This document shows, in pieces, positions 46,359-55,885 of a DNA stretch of 64,000 nucleotides (position 1 is its first letter; each line of letters starts with the position of its first letter). Source of the DNA: Nanobdellota archaeon (GTDB taxonomy: Archaea > Nanobdellota > Nanobdellia > Pacearchaeales > GW2011-AR1); NCBI GenBank assembly GCA_030648155.1, contig JAUSIK010000008.1, forward strand, positions 136,495 through 200,494, read 5' to 3'. A program made the translations under genes and the position numbers. Under the pieces are notes generated by a model, which saw only the letters and a list, made by a program, of their open reading frames with translations, was not told the origin of the DNA and made no database searches.

Positions 46359-46832
46359 TCATCCAAAATAACTTCTTTCCTTCTTCAAATTATTTAAATT
46401 GTTATTAGGTTTTTTCATATTTTCTAATATCTTTCTAAATCCTGGTTTTAACGAGTTCCATTTCTCATAGCCTTTTTTTAATAAGTCAGCTTCAGATTTT
46501 TCATTAGAGTCAATTTCTAAGTCTAATGAAAGCAAGCTCAAATCAGCTAAAGCTGTATAAATATCATCAATAATTTTTCTATCCTCAATACTCATATTTC
46601 TCAAATAAGACAGATACATTCTAGGGGCATTTACAGGATTAACAAGCATTTCCAAAAAAGTCATTGAATTAACGATTTTTTCCATCATTAATTTTCTAAA
46701 ACTGCGAAGAATATTTTCAGTTTCTTTCTCTAATTTATCAACTTCAAAATCAGAATTCAACTTCTCAAAATTAGGCAAATCATATTTTTTAGTTAATTTT
46801 TCGTATTCTCTCTTTATTTCATCAAGTTTCAT
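46359..46832 (-). CDS. hypothetical alpha-helical protein (157 aa)
   Basis: ORF only. Confidence 0.4.
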   Translation of the reverse strand: MKLDEIKREYEKLTKKYDLPNFEKLNSDFEVDKLEKETENILRSFRKLMMEKIVNSMTFLEMLVNPVNAPRMYLSYLRNMSIEDRKIIDDIYTALADLSLLSLDLEIDSNEKSEADLLKKGYEKWNSLKPGFRKILENMKKPNNNLNNLKKERSYFG

Positions 46833-46952
46833 ATATCATTGATTAAACTGCCTTTTATATAATTATGGATTAATTAATTTATTCAATTTTATATTTTAAT
46901 CGATCTTTTAAACAAAACAATAAATTAAAATACCGCTAAATCATGAATTTTC

Positions 46953-47438
46953 ATGGAAAATAAAAATGTCGGATATTTAATTTTAGGCATTTCAGTATTA
47001 ATTATTGCTATAGTTTTTATTTTTAATAATGCAATGAAGACTATAGTAAAAGAAGGATGTCCGGCAGTTCATCAAGGTCTAGTTTGTCCAGCATACACTA
47101 CAATAGCCCAGCAAACTTATCTCGCATTAGCAATAGTGGGCATAATAGTAATAATCGGTCTTGTATTAATTTTTTCACCTCAAAAAGAAAAGATAATTAT
47201 TAGAAAAATAAAAGAAAATAATCATAAAAAAGAAATTGACCTTTCTGACCTTAAATTAGAAGAAAAGTCCCTTCTAAAAATTATCCAGGGGCAAAAAGCC
47301 ATGTTTCAGGCTGATCTTATTGAAAAATCAAGTCTTGGGAAAGTAAAAATTTCAAGAATTCTAGACAAGTTTGAAAATAGGGGTTTAATTGAACGAAAAC
47401 GAAGAGGTTTGAATAATCTTATTGTATTGAAGGACTAA
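46953..47438 (+). CDS. membrane-tethered wHTH regulator (COG2512-like) with an extracytoplasmic Cys pair
   Basis: TM1, then the loop EGCPAVHQGLVCPAY, then TM2, then a cytoplasmic wHTH (MFQADLIEKSSLGKVKISRILDKFENRGLIERK). Confidence 0.5.
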   Translation: MENKNVGYLILGISVLIIAIVFIFNNAMKTIVKEGCPAVHQGLVCPAYTTIAQQTYLALAIVGIIVIIGLVLIFSPQKEKIIIRKIKENNHKKEIDLSDLKLEEKSLLKIIQGQKAMFQADLIEKSSLGKVKISRILDKFENRGLIERKRRGLNNLIVLKD

Positions 47439-47973
47439 TTTTATTCTTGCCGTACAACCCCAAAATTATAAGCAATCCAAAAGCAGTAACTGCCATTATA
47501 GGAATAGTAATATAATAATAAGATAAAAAGAATTTTTCTGTACAGGAGGCAGAATAACCTATTGCATCACATGAAAAACTTGGGCTATTGCTTAATTGCA
47601 GCATATAATGAAACCCTGCAATAAATGCTCCAATAATCGAAAGTATCATGCCATAAATGGCAATTTTTTTATCCTTAATTATATAAGCAGTCCCAAATAT
47701 AATAGTCTGTGGATACATAAAGATTCTTTGATACCAGCATAGTTTGCATGGATTATAATGCAAAATTTCAGAATAATAAAGACTCCCTAAAGTCGCAGCT
47801 AAAGATATAATGAAACTTATAATAATATAATTATTTTCTAAAAACAGTTTAATATTATTAAATAATCGCTTCCCTTTAATCATCTGATAAACATATAAGA
47901 TAATAAAAAGAATAATAATAAAATCCCCTATTAAAGTAAGCAAGATCAATATTTCTGAAAAATAATTTGTCAT
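47419..47973 (-). CDS. DsbB/BdbC-family disulfide oxidoreductase
   Basis: 4 TM. CKLCWYQRIFMYP (CxxCWxQR) and a second Cys pair (SFSCDAIGYSASC). Confidence 0.7.
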   Translation of the reverse strand: MTNYFSEILILLTLIGDFIIILFIILYVYQMIKGKRLFNNIKLFLENNYIIISFIISLAATLGSLYYSEILHYNPCKLCWYQRIFMYPQTIIFGTAYIIKDKKIAIYGMILSIIGAFIAGFHYMLQLSNSPSFSCDAIGYSASCTEKFFLSYYYITIPIMAVTAFGLLIILGLYGKNKISPSIQ

Positions 47974-48061
47974 AAGTTATATAACAAGCTTAATTTTATA
48001 AGCTCTTTTATGAAACTAGTTTCAACCAATAATTTAAATACAAAATCAATCTAAATAAATC

Positions 48062-48745
48062 ATGTCATTCAAACAATTCATTAAAGCTCTTAATGAAAAA
48101 AGTACTGAAGGAGATTTAATAAAAACTATCGCCTATTCAATCTTTACTTCAGCACTAACAATAGCCATATTATACTTTTTAATTTTAAAGAATATAGAAA
48201 GCTTTATTCCAAAATATGGATTTAATTTATTTTTTATACTTTTAAGTTATTCATTAATAATTCCAGCTATCAAGCAAGTAAGATCTTACAAAGAGTTCCC
48301 CTGCATGTCAGGAATGATGGTAGGCATGACTTTAGGGATGATTTCAAGTTTTCTTCCAGGTTTTTATCTAGCCTCAACAAATGGAATGTTTGTGGGCGGA
48401 TTTTTTGGATCCTTATTAGGAATGATTATTGGCGGTTGGAATGGAAAATGCTGCGGAATAATGGGGCTAATGGAAGGAATTATGGCTGGTTTTATGGGGG
48501 GATTAATGGGGGCGATGACTGCATTTATGTTATTAAATGACCATCTTAAAATAGCTGCAATAATAGTATTTGCAGTTTGTTCTATAATTATTATTAGTTT
48601 AAATTACATGATTTTTAAAGAATCATCTCACCTTGAAAGAAAAGAAAAAGAAACACAGCTTTTAACAATTACCCTTTCATTTTTGTTGACAATTATCACT
48701 GCATGGGTAATGATTTTCGGCCCAAGGAGTGAAATATTTAACTAA
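48062..48745 (+). CDS. Gly/Met-rich polytopic membrane protein
   Basis: MSGMMVGMTLGMISS...GKCCGIMGLMEGIMAGFMGGLMGAMTAF. Confidence 0.45.
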   Translation: MSFKQFIKALNEKSTEGDLIKTIAYSIFTSALTIAILYFLILKNIESFIPKYGFNLFFILLSYSLIIPAIKQVRSYKEFPCMSGMMVGMTLGMISSFLPGFYLASTNGMFVGGFFGSLLGMIIGGWNGKCCGIMGLMEGIMAGFMGGLMGAMTAFMLLNDHLKIAAIIVFAVCSIIIISLNYMIFKESSHLERKEKETQLLTITLSFLLTIITAWVMIFGPRSEIFN

Positions 48746-48782
48746 ACAATAGATTTATAAAAAATTAAAACATCGATAAAAC

Positions 48783-49175
48783 ATGAAAAATACAACATTG
48801 GGAATTATACTTATCTTAACTGTAATCTTAACAGGATATTTAATTTCTTCTAGCGATACAATAAACTCAATCGGTACTAATACAATAACGGGTAATGTTA
48901 TAAATAACAATGATTTGATTCAAAAAGTAGTTCTAAGTGAAAAGGATTTAAATTATTATCCACAGGAAATTAGAGTAAAGGCAAACCAGCCAGTTAGTCT
49001 TTCGTTAGATGATAAAGTAAAAGGTTGTTTGAGATCATTTACTATTCGCGACCTTGGAATATCAAAATATCTAAAGGCTGTAACAGACACTATAGAATTC
49101 ACCCCAACAAAAAAAGGAACATTTGTATTTAGCTGTAGTATGGGCATGGGCTATGGCAAGTTAATTGTAGAATAA
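48783..49175 (+). CDS. cupredoxin-like domain protein, N-terminally anchored
   Basis: IRVKANQPVSLSL...IEFTPTKKGTFVFSCSMGMGYGKLIVE is a cupredoxin-fold-like C-terminus with Cys/Met. Confidence 0.45.
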   Translation: MKNTTLGIILILTVILTGYLISSSDTINSIGTNTITGNVINNNDLIQKVVLSEKDLNYYPQEIRVKANQPVSLSLDDKVKGCLRSFTIRDLGISKYLKAVTDTIEFTPTKKGTFVFSCSMGMGYGKLIVE

Positions 49176-49176
49176 A

Positions 49177-49623
49177 ATGCAAAAACTCCTAAAAACCCCT
49201 CATCTCTATTCCATAATTGCAATTTTCTTCATTTATTCTACTCTGAATTTTTACACTAGTGGTTTTAATAACACATTTCAATTAATTCTAAAATACGCCT
49301 CAACAGTCAACTGGCTTGAAATAATAATCTCCATAACATTCTCGCTGATTATAGGGATCTTTGTTGCATTAAATTCGGTTTTATTGTATATTAAATACAA
49401 AGAAAGACAAAAATGTAAAAATCAAACCGTTCTAGCAGGATTAGGAGCTATAGGGGGTCTAGCAACTGGCTTCTGCCCTTTATGTGTCACTGGCCTTCTT
49501 CCATTAATACTAGGTTTGTTAGGAATAACATTTTCTTTTGCATCACTTCCCTTTAATGGCCTTGAAATTCAATTGCTGGTTATAATAATTCTTTTTTCCA
49601 GCTATAAGATGATTAAAAAATAA
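49177..49623 (+). CDS. membrane protein with an intramembrane CxxC (GFCPLCV)
   Basis: 4 TM. The CPLC motif lies in TM3. Starts 1 nt after the upstream stop. Confidence 0.45.
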   Translation: MQKLLKTPHLYSIIAIFFIYSTLNFYTSGFNNTFQLILKYASTVNWLEIIISITFSLIIGIFVALNSVLLYIKYKERQKCKNQTVLAGLGAIGGLATGFCPLCVTGLLPLILGLLGITFSFASLPFNGLEIQLLVIIILFSSYKMIKK

Positions 49624-49663
49624 AGAAGATGTTAAAAATTCATCAATTATCATATATAGTCTA

Positions 49664-49951
49664 TTAATTCATAGAATTATATATTTTAGCAAACAGCCAT
49701 CCTACAATTAAAGCCAGCACAACAATCTCCACTAATCCAGTAATAGTGTTTCCCAAAGAAACAGATTCCTTTGCTATCTGTGAAATATCAATGCCATGAA
49801 ACAGTGCTCCAAATGTATTTACCGTCCATGCAGGAGCTATCGCTACAAGTATAGCACAAACAATATATACTATTCCTGCGACTATCGCTAAAGAAAATGC
49901 AACTTTCTTTTCATTCAATTTTTCTGCCATTTTACACCCCCTATTATTCAT
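49664..49951 (-). CDS. small 2-TM membrane protein (95 aa; start may be the internal M8)
   Basis: ORF with hydrophobic helices. Confidence 0.4.
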   Translation of the reverse strand: MNNRGCKMAEKLNEKKVAFSLAIVAGIVYIVCAILVAIAPAWTVNTFGALFHGIDISQIAKESVSLGNTITGLVEIVVLALIVGWLFAKIYNSMN

Positions 49952-50021
49952 AATTTAAAGTTATTAATAAAATTTTCTATTGGCCGAAACCTAAAAGTAG
50001 AAACATTTAAATACATCATAT

Positions 50022-50408
50022 GTGTCTAACTATCATATGATTAATAAGACCATACTAAAAGACTGCCATAAAGAAGGTTTTTCAGAATCAGAACTATACG
50101 ATGCCTATAAAATTTTCTTTGGCACCTTAGTTTCAGAGCCACGATTAAAAATAATTAACTTTTTAAGAAAAGGCAAAAAAAGTGTATCCCAAATAATAAA
50201 AGAATTAAAAATAGACCAAACAATCGTATCTCACAATCTTTCAAGATTAAAGCAATGTGGTTTTGTATCTTCTGAAATAAATGGAAAATTCAGATTTTAT
50301 ACTCTAAATGAAAAATCAATAAAGCCACTAATGGAATTAATAGAAAATCATATGTCTAAAAACTGTATTCATATTCTAAGAACAATGAAAGGAGATTCTA
50401 AACAATGA
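50022..50408 (+). CDS. ArsR/SmtB-family metalloregulator
   Basis: EPRLKIINFLRKGKKSVSQIIKELKIDQTIVSHNLSRLKQCGFV. The track start is GTG; an ATG lies at 50037. Confidence 0.8.
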   Translation: MSNYHMINKTILKDCHKEGFSESELYDAYKIFFGTLVSEPRLKIINFLRKGKKSVSQIIKELKIDQTIVSHNLSRLKQCGFVSSEINGKFRFYTLNEKSIKPLMELIENHMSKNCIHILRTMKGDSKQ

Positions 50409-50656
50409 AGAATAACTCCGATAATACCTTAATGATCGTCATAATAGTAATTCTAGCAATTTTTTTATTTGGAGGATTAGGAATGATGAGTTTTGGAAGC
50501 ATGGGAATGATGGGAAATTATAGCTTTAGTTATTCAACACCGATCTTTGGCTCAATAATAATGATTCTTATAGTAATTGCTTTAATCTTATTTATAATCT
50601 GGATAGTTAAACAAATATCTCATGAAGAAAGGAGAAAAAATGGAAAAAGAAGATAA
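50405..50656 (+). CDS. small 2-TM Gly/Met-rich membrane protein
   Basis: LGMMSFGSMGMMGNY. ATGA overlap with arsR. Confidence 0.4.
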   Translation: MKNNSDNTLMIVIIVILAIFLFGGLGMMSFGSMGMMGNYSFSYSTPIFGSIIMILIVIALILFIIWIVKQISHEERRKNGKRR

Positions 50657-51314
50657 AGAAATTAAAGCCTATTATTGTGAAGAATGTAATATGGCTTATC
50701 CTGATAAGAAAAAATCTCATGAGTGCGAAGAATGGTGCAAGAAACATAAAAGCTGTAATATTGAGATAATCAAATATGCTATAAAAACAAATTCTCAAAA
50801 AGTAATAAAAAAAGCGGCTATAACCTCATTATCTTTGATTTCAATAATATTAATCTTATCATTTATAGCATCCGCCCATACCGAAGAGGATTTCGCAAAA
50901 GCGGGAGAACTAATCAAGCAAAAAATTTCATGCAACCAATTATCTGATGAACAATTAGAATTAATAGGCGAGTATTACATGGAACAAATGCATCCTGGAG
51001 AATTACATGAGATCATGGATGAAAGAATGGGCGGAGAAGGATCAGAAACTCTAAAACAAATTCATATTAATATCGCAAAATCATTTTACTGCGGCGAGAG
51101 CTCTTTTATGTCTAGAGGAATGATGAATACAATGATGGGGCGCTCAGGATATGGTATGATGGGCAATCAAGGATTCTACTATCCAAATTATTATCAAAAT
51201 CAAAATAATCCGACGTATAGCATAATAAATACTATATTCGGAATATTAATAATTATAACATTAATAATAGTAATATTCTTCTTAATTAAAAAACTAAGAA
51301 AGAGGAAAAGATGA
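50622..51314 (+). CDS. zinc-ribbon + TM protein with Met-rich C-terminal region
   Basis: YYCEECNMAY..HECEEWCKKHKSCN, a TM, a helical domain, MMNTMMGRSGYGMMGN, and a terminal TM. Confidence 0.45.
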   Translation: MKKGEKMEKEDKEIKAYYCEECNMAYPDKKKSHECEEWCKKHKSCNIEIIKYAIKTNSQKVIKKAAITSLSLISIILILSFIASAHTEEDFAKAGELIKQKISCNQLSDEQLELIGEYYMEQMHPGELHEIMDERMGGEGSETLKQIHINIAKSFYCGESSFMSRGMMNTMMGRSGYGMMGNQGFYYPNYYQNQNNPTYSIINTIFGILIIITLIIVIFFLIKKLRKRKR

Positions 51315-51529
51315 AAAAACTAAAAATAACAATTTCAGGCATGCACTGTGCTTCATGCGCCGGAAATGTTGAGCGCAGTTTAAAAAAAGTTCAAGGCGTA
51401 AGAAATGTTTCAGTTAGTCTAATGACTAACAAAAGTATTGTTGAAGTCGAAGACAATGTTTCTGAAGAAGCATTAAAGCATGCAGTCGCAAAAACAGGGT
51501 ATAAAGTAGTTGAAATACAAAAAGTATAA
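51311..51529 (+). CDS. copZ: heavy-metal-associated (HMA) copper chaperone
   Basis: [12 protein letters not shown] (MxCxxC). Confidence 0.85.
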   Translation: MKKLKITISGMHCASCAGNVERSLKKVQGVRNVSVSLMTNKSIVEVEDNVSEEALKHAVAKTGYKVVEIQKV

Positions 51530-51534
51530 TTAAT

Positions 51535-53475
51535 ATGGAGCATAAACATCACACAGAATCGTTCGAAGAGCAGGAAATGCGCCTTTGGAAGAGAAGACTC
51601 TGGGGCGCATGGATATTTGCAGTTCCAATTGCGATACTTATGATACTAGAAAGATTTTTTGAAATTATGCCGTTAGGCAAGCTCACTTCTCTCATTATTT
51701 TGCTTATTGGATTTCCTGTTATATTCTTCTTTGGATGGCAGACTATCCAAGCAGGAATAAAAGGATTTATTAGTTTTTACTTTAGCATGGATTCCCTAAT
51801 TGCACTAGGAACGATTATAGCTTATGCAACAGGTATTTTAGCATTTTTCATTAAAGTACAAGACTATTCGGGTGTTTCCGCCATGATTATGGCTATATTC
51901 ATCGCAGGAAAATATATAGAAACCAAATCTCGTGGAAAAGCTAGCCAAGAAATAAAAAAGCTCCTTGAATTAGGTGCTAAAAAAGCAAGAGTATTAAAAG
52001 GAAAAGAAGAAATTGAAATTCCAATAAGCCAAGTTAATATAGATGATATTATGATTATTCGGCCAGGAGAAAAAATACCAACCGACGGCATTATAGTTAA
52101 AGGGCAAAGTGCGGTTGATGAAAGCATGATTACAGGAGAAAGCATGCCTGTAGAAAAAAAGATAAAAGACATTGTTATCGGAGCAACAATTAATCAGGAT
52201 GGTATTCTCTATGTAAAAGCAACTAAAATAGGAAGCGATACTTTCCTAGCACATATAATAAACCTGGTTGAAGAAGCTCAAGGAACTAAAGTGCCTATTC
52301 AAAAAGTTGCTGACAAAGTAACAAATATTTTCGTCCCTGCAATATTAGTCCTCACAATACTAACATTTATAGGATGGATAATTTTTTCTAAAGATTGGAG
52401 CAAAGCATTAGGTGCATCGATTTCAGTTCTTGTAATTGCCTGTCCATGCGCATTAGGACTTGCAGTTCCAATTGCCCTCACTGTAGGCTCTGGAATGGGG
52501 GCAAAGCGTGGAATTTTAATAAGAAAGGGTGAAGCGATTCAAACAATGAAAGAAGTCAAAATAATAGCATTTGATAAAACCGGAACAATCACTAAAGGAA
52601 AACCAGAAGTAACTGATTTTATCGCTAAGGTCAAAGAAAATTATTTCTGGGAAGTTTCAGGAAGTCTAGAGCACATGAGCGAACATCCAATAGCTAAAGC
52701 AATTGTTGTAAAAGCTGATTTAAAGAACTATAAGAAATTTACCAATTTTTCTATAGTACGAGGCAGAGGCTTAGAAGGCAAACTAGGAAATAAAAATATA
52801 GTAATTGGAAATAGAACATTGATGAACGAAAAAAATATCTCCTTTAAAATAATAGAATCGCAGATCAAAAATTGGGAGGAAGAAGGCAAGACCACTATGA
52901 TAGTTGCAGAGAACTCAAAAGTTATCGGAGCTATTGCCGTTGCTGATGCAATAAAAGATGATTCTATTAAGGCCATTAGTGCCTTGAAAAAAAGAGGATA
53001 CAGAACAGTTATGATCACCGGAGATAATGAAACGACATCTAAAGCCATCGCCAAACAAGTAAACATCGATGAAGTTATTGCAAATGTACTTCCAGAAGAA
53101 AAAGCGAAGAAAGTAAAAGAATTGCAAAAGCGAGGTATGGTTGCATTTGTTGGAGACGGCATCAACGACGCACCTGCACTCAAACAAAGTAATGTTAGCA
53201 TCGCCATGGGATCAGGAAGCGATATTGCAATTGAAGTAGGGGACATTGTACTTATCAAAGGATCACTGATAGGAGTAGTCCAAGCAATAAACTTGTCAAA
53301 AGCAACATTCAAAAAAATAAAACAAAATTTATTCTGGGCATTTGGATACAATATTATTGCTATCCCTCTTGCAGTAGCAGGTCTATTAAATCCTATTGTT
53401 GCAGAGATAGCAATGGCCTTATCATCGATAAGCGTTGTTACAAATGCAAATCTCTTAAGAAGAAAAAAGATCTAG
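51535..53475 (+). CDS. copA: P1B-type copper-translocating ATPase (no fused N-terminal HMA domain)
   Basis: [13 protein letters not shown] (CPC), [21 protein letters not shown]. Confidence 0.9.
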   Translation: MEHKHHTESFEEQEMRLWKRRLWGAWIFAVPIAILMILERFFEIMPLGKLTSLIILLIGFPVIFFFGWQTIQAGIKGFISFYFSMDSLIALGTIIAYATGILAFFIKVQDYSGVSAMIMAIFIAGKYIETKSRGKASQEIKKLLELGAKKARVLKGKEEIEIPISQVNIDDIMIIRPGEKIPTDGIIVKGQSAVDESMITGESMPVEKKIKDIVIGATINQDGILYVKATKIGSDTFLAHIINLVEEAQGTKVPIQKVADKVTNIFVPAILVLTILTFIGWIIFSKDWSKALGASISVLVIACPCALGLAVPIALTVGSGMGAKRGILIRKGEAIQTMKEVKIIAFDKTGTITKGKPEVTDFIAKVKENYFWEVSGSLEHMSEHPIAKAIVVKADLKNYKKFTNFSIVRGRGLEGKLGNKNIVIGNRTLMNEKNISFKIIESQIKNWEEEGKTTMIVAENSKVIGAIAVADAIKDDSIKAISALKKRGYRTVMITGDNETTSKAIAKQVNIDEVIANVLPEEKAKKVKELQKRGMVAFVGDGINDAPALKQSNVSIAMGSGSDIAIEVGDIVLIKGSLIGVVQAINLSKATFKKIKQNLFWAFGYNIIAIPLAVAGLLNPIVAEIAMALSSISVVTNANLLRRKKI

Positions 53476-53572
53476 TTACAAAGAAGAGTCTCAATGCCCT
53501 TATTTTTTATTTCTTCTTTTATTGACTTTAATTCCTAAATAATTTAAAAATAATTTCAATCCTAATTCAGAC

Positions 53573-54055
53573 TTATCCATTTTTAATTGAAGCGAAAATC
53601 TCTTTCTTAGTCGTATTTAGTAAAACATTATCGCCTACTCTTTCTACAAAATTATAAGGGATAATTATTTTTTTTCCAAATATTCCTTTTTTAATCCCTA
53701 TCGAGCTAATCTTATTTGTATTTACAACTAATTCTATTTCTGAAACAATACCTAAATCCTTTCCATCCTTATCAAATACTTCCATGCCTCTAATTTCAAA
53801 CGCAACCCTTATATTAAGAAAAACTGCATATTTTGTAATTTTTTCAATATAATTCCTTCCAATTGCCAGACCTTTCTTTAAAAAACCTTTATCTATACCC
53901 ACTCCAATAAAATCAAAATCATTAGGGTCAATGAAAACTTTTTCTGCAATTCCTATAAAACTCCCTACCGAATCAATAATTTCCTTTCCCAATACATCAT
54001 CAGAAGTTAATGCCTTATCAAGATCTTTGCTGGATATACTTTTTTGCGCCATCAT
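53573..54055 (-). CDS. PRC-barrel domain protein (two barrels)
   Basis: Repeated L-G-K-x-(V/I)-x-D-x-x-G-x-x-(I/V)-G pattern. It is a paralogue of the upstream gene. Confidence 0.55.
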   Translation of the reverse strand: MMAQKSISSKDLDKALTSDDVLGKEIIDSVGSFIGIAEKVFIDPNDFDFIGVGIDKGFLKKGLAIGRNYIEKITKYAVFLNIRVAFEIRGMEVFDKDGKDLGIVSEIELVVNTNKISSIGIKKGIFGKKIIIPYNFVERVGDNVLLNTTKKEIFASIKNG

Positions 54056-54503
54056 AATCTATTTTTAAAAGTACAGATTTGCCAAGCAATTTAACATTTT
54101 CAACTGGTATATTAAATCTTCTAAAAATAGTTGTAATAATAATTGATTTAATATTATTAGTTTCATCGCTTCTTTTAATATCCCTAATTCTCCCGACAAC
54201 CCTCCCATCAGAGCTAATAACTTTTTTACCCTTTAAAAAAACAAAAGGGTCTATATTCAATATAATTGCATCATTAGAAATTCTGTCAAAATAACTCTTC
54301 CCAACATATAGAAATTTTTTGAAAATTCCTCTTGAAATTAAAATACCTTGCAGGCCCATGCTTTTTGGATTTACCCTAACCTCTTTAATTCTCCCCGCCA
54401 CTAATCCTCCAGAAGAAATAACCCTCGCACCAATAAGACTTCTTAAGTTTAAAGTACGATCTCTAACTATATCCTCTTTTTCTAAAATACTTTCCTCTTT
54501 CAT
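54018..54503 (-). CDS. PRC-barrel domain protein (two barrels)
   Basis: LIGARVISSGGLVAGRIKEVRV and KKVISSDGRVVGRIRDIK repeats. Confidence 0.55.
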   Translation of the reverse strand: MKEESILEKEDIVRDRTLNLRSLIGARVISSGGLVAGRIKEVRVNPKSMGLQGILISRGIFKKFLYVGKSYFDRISNDAIILNIDPFVFLKGKKVISSDGRVVGRIRDIKRSDETNNIKSIIITTIFRRFNIPVENVKLLGKSVLLKIDYDGAKKYIQQRS

Positions 54504-54538
54504 AATTTGATTAAGAAATCGTAATATAAAAAGCTATC

Positions 54539-55150
54539 TTAATGAAGTAGAATGAAAATTCCAGCAATAATTGCATATTTAATTAAACTTCCCAAAGTAA
54601 CCAAAATAAACAATCTATAATAATTATATTTAGCAATCCCCAATGCAAAAGTTAGAACTTCATAAGGCAAGGAAGGAATCAAACTTACAAAAAACACCAA
54701 AAATGCACCATATTTGTTTGTAAGCCTTCTTATTTTATATACTTTTTTTGGTGATAGAAAATTCAATATAAATGGACTAAATTTTGCCCCTAGCCAATAA
54801 TTCACAATCTGAATTAAAAGTAATCCTAAATTTAATAATAAAAATGACATTAATACATCACTCCCTCTACTCAATGCAAGATAAAAAAGAATCTCCAATG
54901 GAGATGGGATAATAAAAGATCCCCCTAAAACGCCGGCATAAAATAATCCCATAGGAGTTAGTTCAGTAATTTCCTCCTCAATTAAATTTTCAATGCTATT
55001 TACAATAAAGCTGTCTTGAAATGCCAAATATAATTTAGCCTGAAATGTAACGGCAAAAAAAGCCACTACTATCAACACAGAAAGTGTAATTGCAAAAACT
55101 TTAATTTTCTTTATATTTGAAGTTTCATATACGAAATAATAATCACCCAT
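54539..55150 (-). CDS. DedA/TVP38-TMEM64 (VTT-domain) membrane protein
   Basis: Polytopic. YGAFLVFFVSLIPSLPYEVLTFALGIAK is a VTT-like segment. Confidence 0.5.
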   Translation of the reverse strand: MGDYYFVYETSNIKKIKVFAITLSVLIVVAFFAVTFQAKLYLAFQDSFIVNSIENLIEEEITELTPMGLFYAGVLGGSFIIPSPLEILFYLALSRGSDVLMSFLLLNLGLLLIQIVNYWLGAKFSPFILNFLSPKKVYKIRRLTNKYGAFLVFFVSLIPSLPYEVLTFALGIAKYNYYRLFILVTLGSLIKYAIIAGIFILLH

Positions 55151-55194
55151 TACTTTCTCAGTAAAACAACAATAATAAACCTTTTTATTAATAG

Positions 55195-55782
55195 TTAAAC
55201 TTTATTTTGCCCTGGATTCAATCCGAATTTATTGTTGTTCAAACTCATCTCAATAATATACCTAATCCTTTTTTCCCTAGTCTCTTTTCTTTTTGCCCTT
55301 TCAATCCAGCGTAAATATGTCCTTCTATATGAAGGGGCAAAATTATAAAAATTTTCTTCTAATTTTTTATTTTGCTTAAACTCTTTCAATAATTCAATAG
55401 GAACTTCTGGATTTAATGGAATTCCGTGATCATGAGTAGGTTTCTTTAATCCCTCTTTATAAGCAAACAACCCAGCAGGCATCATTAATTTTCTCTTTAC
55501 TAACTCCCTAGCATACCTTTGAGTTGCCTTGCTCCATTTACCATTTTTATTTCTTTTTGCGAAATATCTTAAATATCTATCTTGATCGATTCTTTTTATT
55601 GTTGTGTCTATCCATCCAAAACAAATAGCCTCTTCCATAGCTTCTTTATGCGTTAAAAAAGGTTTCCCTGTATGTTTCTTATAAACTATTAAACCTATCT
55701 TAGTCATTTTATCATGATTTTCCTCAAGCCATTTTCTCCATTCCTTCCTGCTTGAAACATGAATATTTTTTTCCTCTGCCAT
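55195..55782 (-). CDS. YdeI/OmpD-associated family protein
   Basis: WRKWLEENH...LIVYKKHTGKP..THKEAMEEAICFGWIDT...WSKATQ. Confidence 0.6.
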   Translation of the reverse strand: MAEEKNIHVSSRKEWRKWLEENHDKMTKIGLIVYKKHTGKPFLTHKEAMEEAICFGWIDTTIKRIDQDRYLRYFAKRNKNGKWSKATQRYARELVKRKLMMPAGLFAYKEGLKKPTHDHGIPLNPEVPIELLKEFKQNKKLEENFYNFAPSYRRTYLRWIERAKRKETREKRIRYIIEMSLNNNKFGLNPGQNKV

Positions 55783-55792
55783 CTTTTAATAA

Positions 55793-55885
55793 AGCCTCAG
55801 GGGGGAATTGAACCCCCGACCTCGACATCTTTGTCTTTTTATTAGATACCAATGTCGCGCTCTAAACCGTCTGAGCTACTGAGGC
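55793..55885 (-). tRNA. tRNA-Thr (anticodon GGT) with 18-nt intron at 37/38 (55829..55846)
   Basis: Hand-folded. Acceptor GCCTCAG/CTGAGGC. D arm GCTC/GAGC. Anticodon stem CGACA/TGTCG. Loop TTGGTA|TCTAATAAAAAGACAAAG|A. T arm GGGGG-TTCAATT-CCCCC. Confidence 0.88.

Noticed and set aside
51864-53351. Several antisense ORFs inside copA (51864..52172, 52299..52481, 52728..53351, 52915..53187).
   Set aside because: copA motifs ([20 protein letters not shown]) fix the coding strand, so these are shadows.
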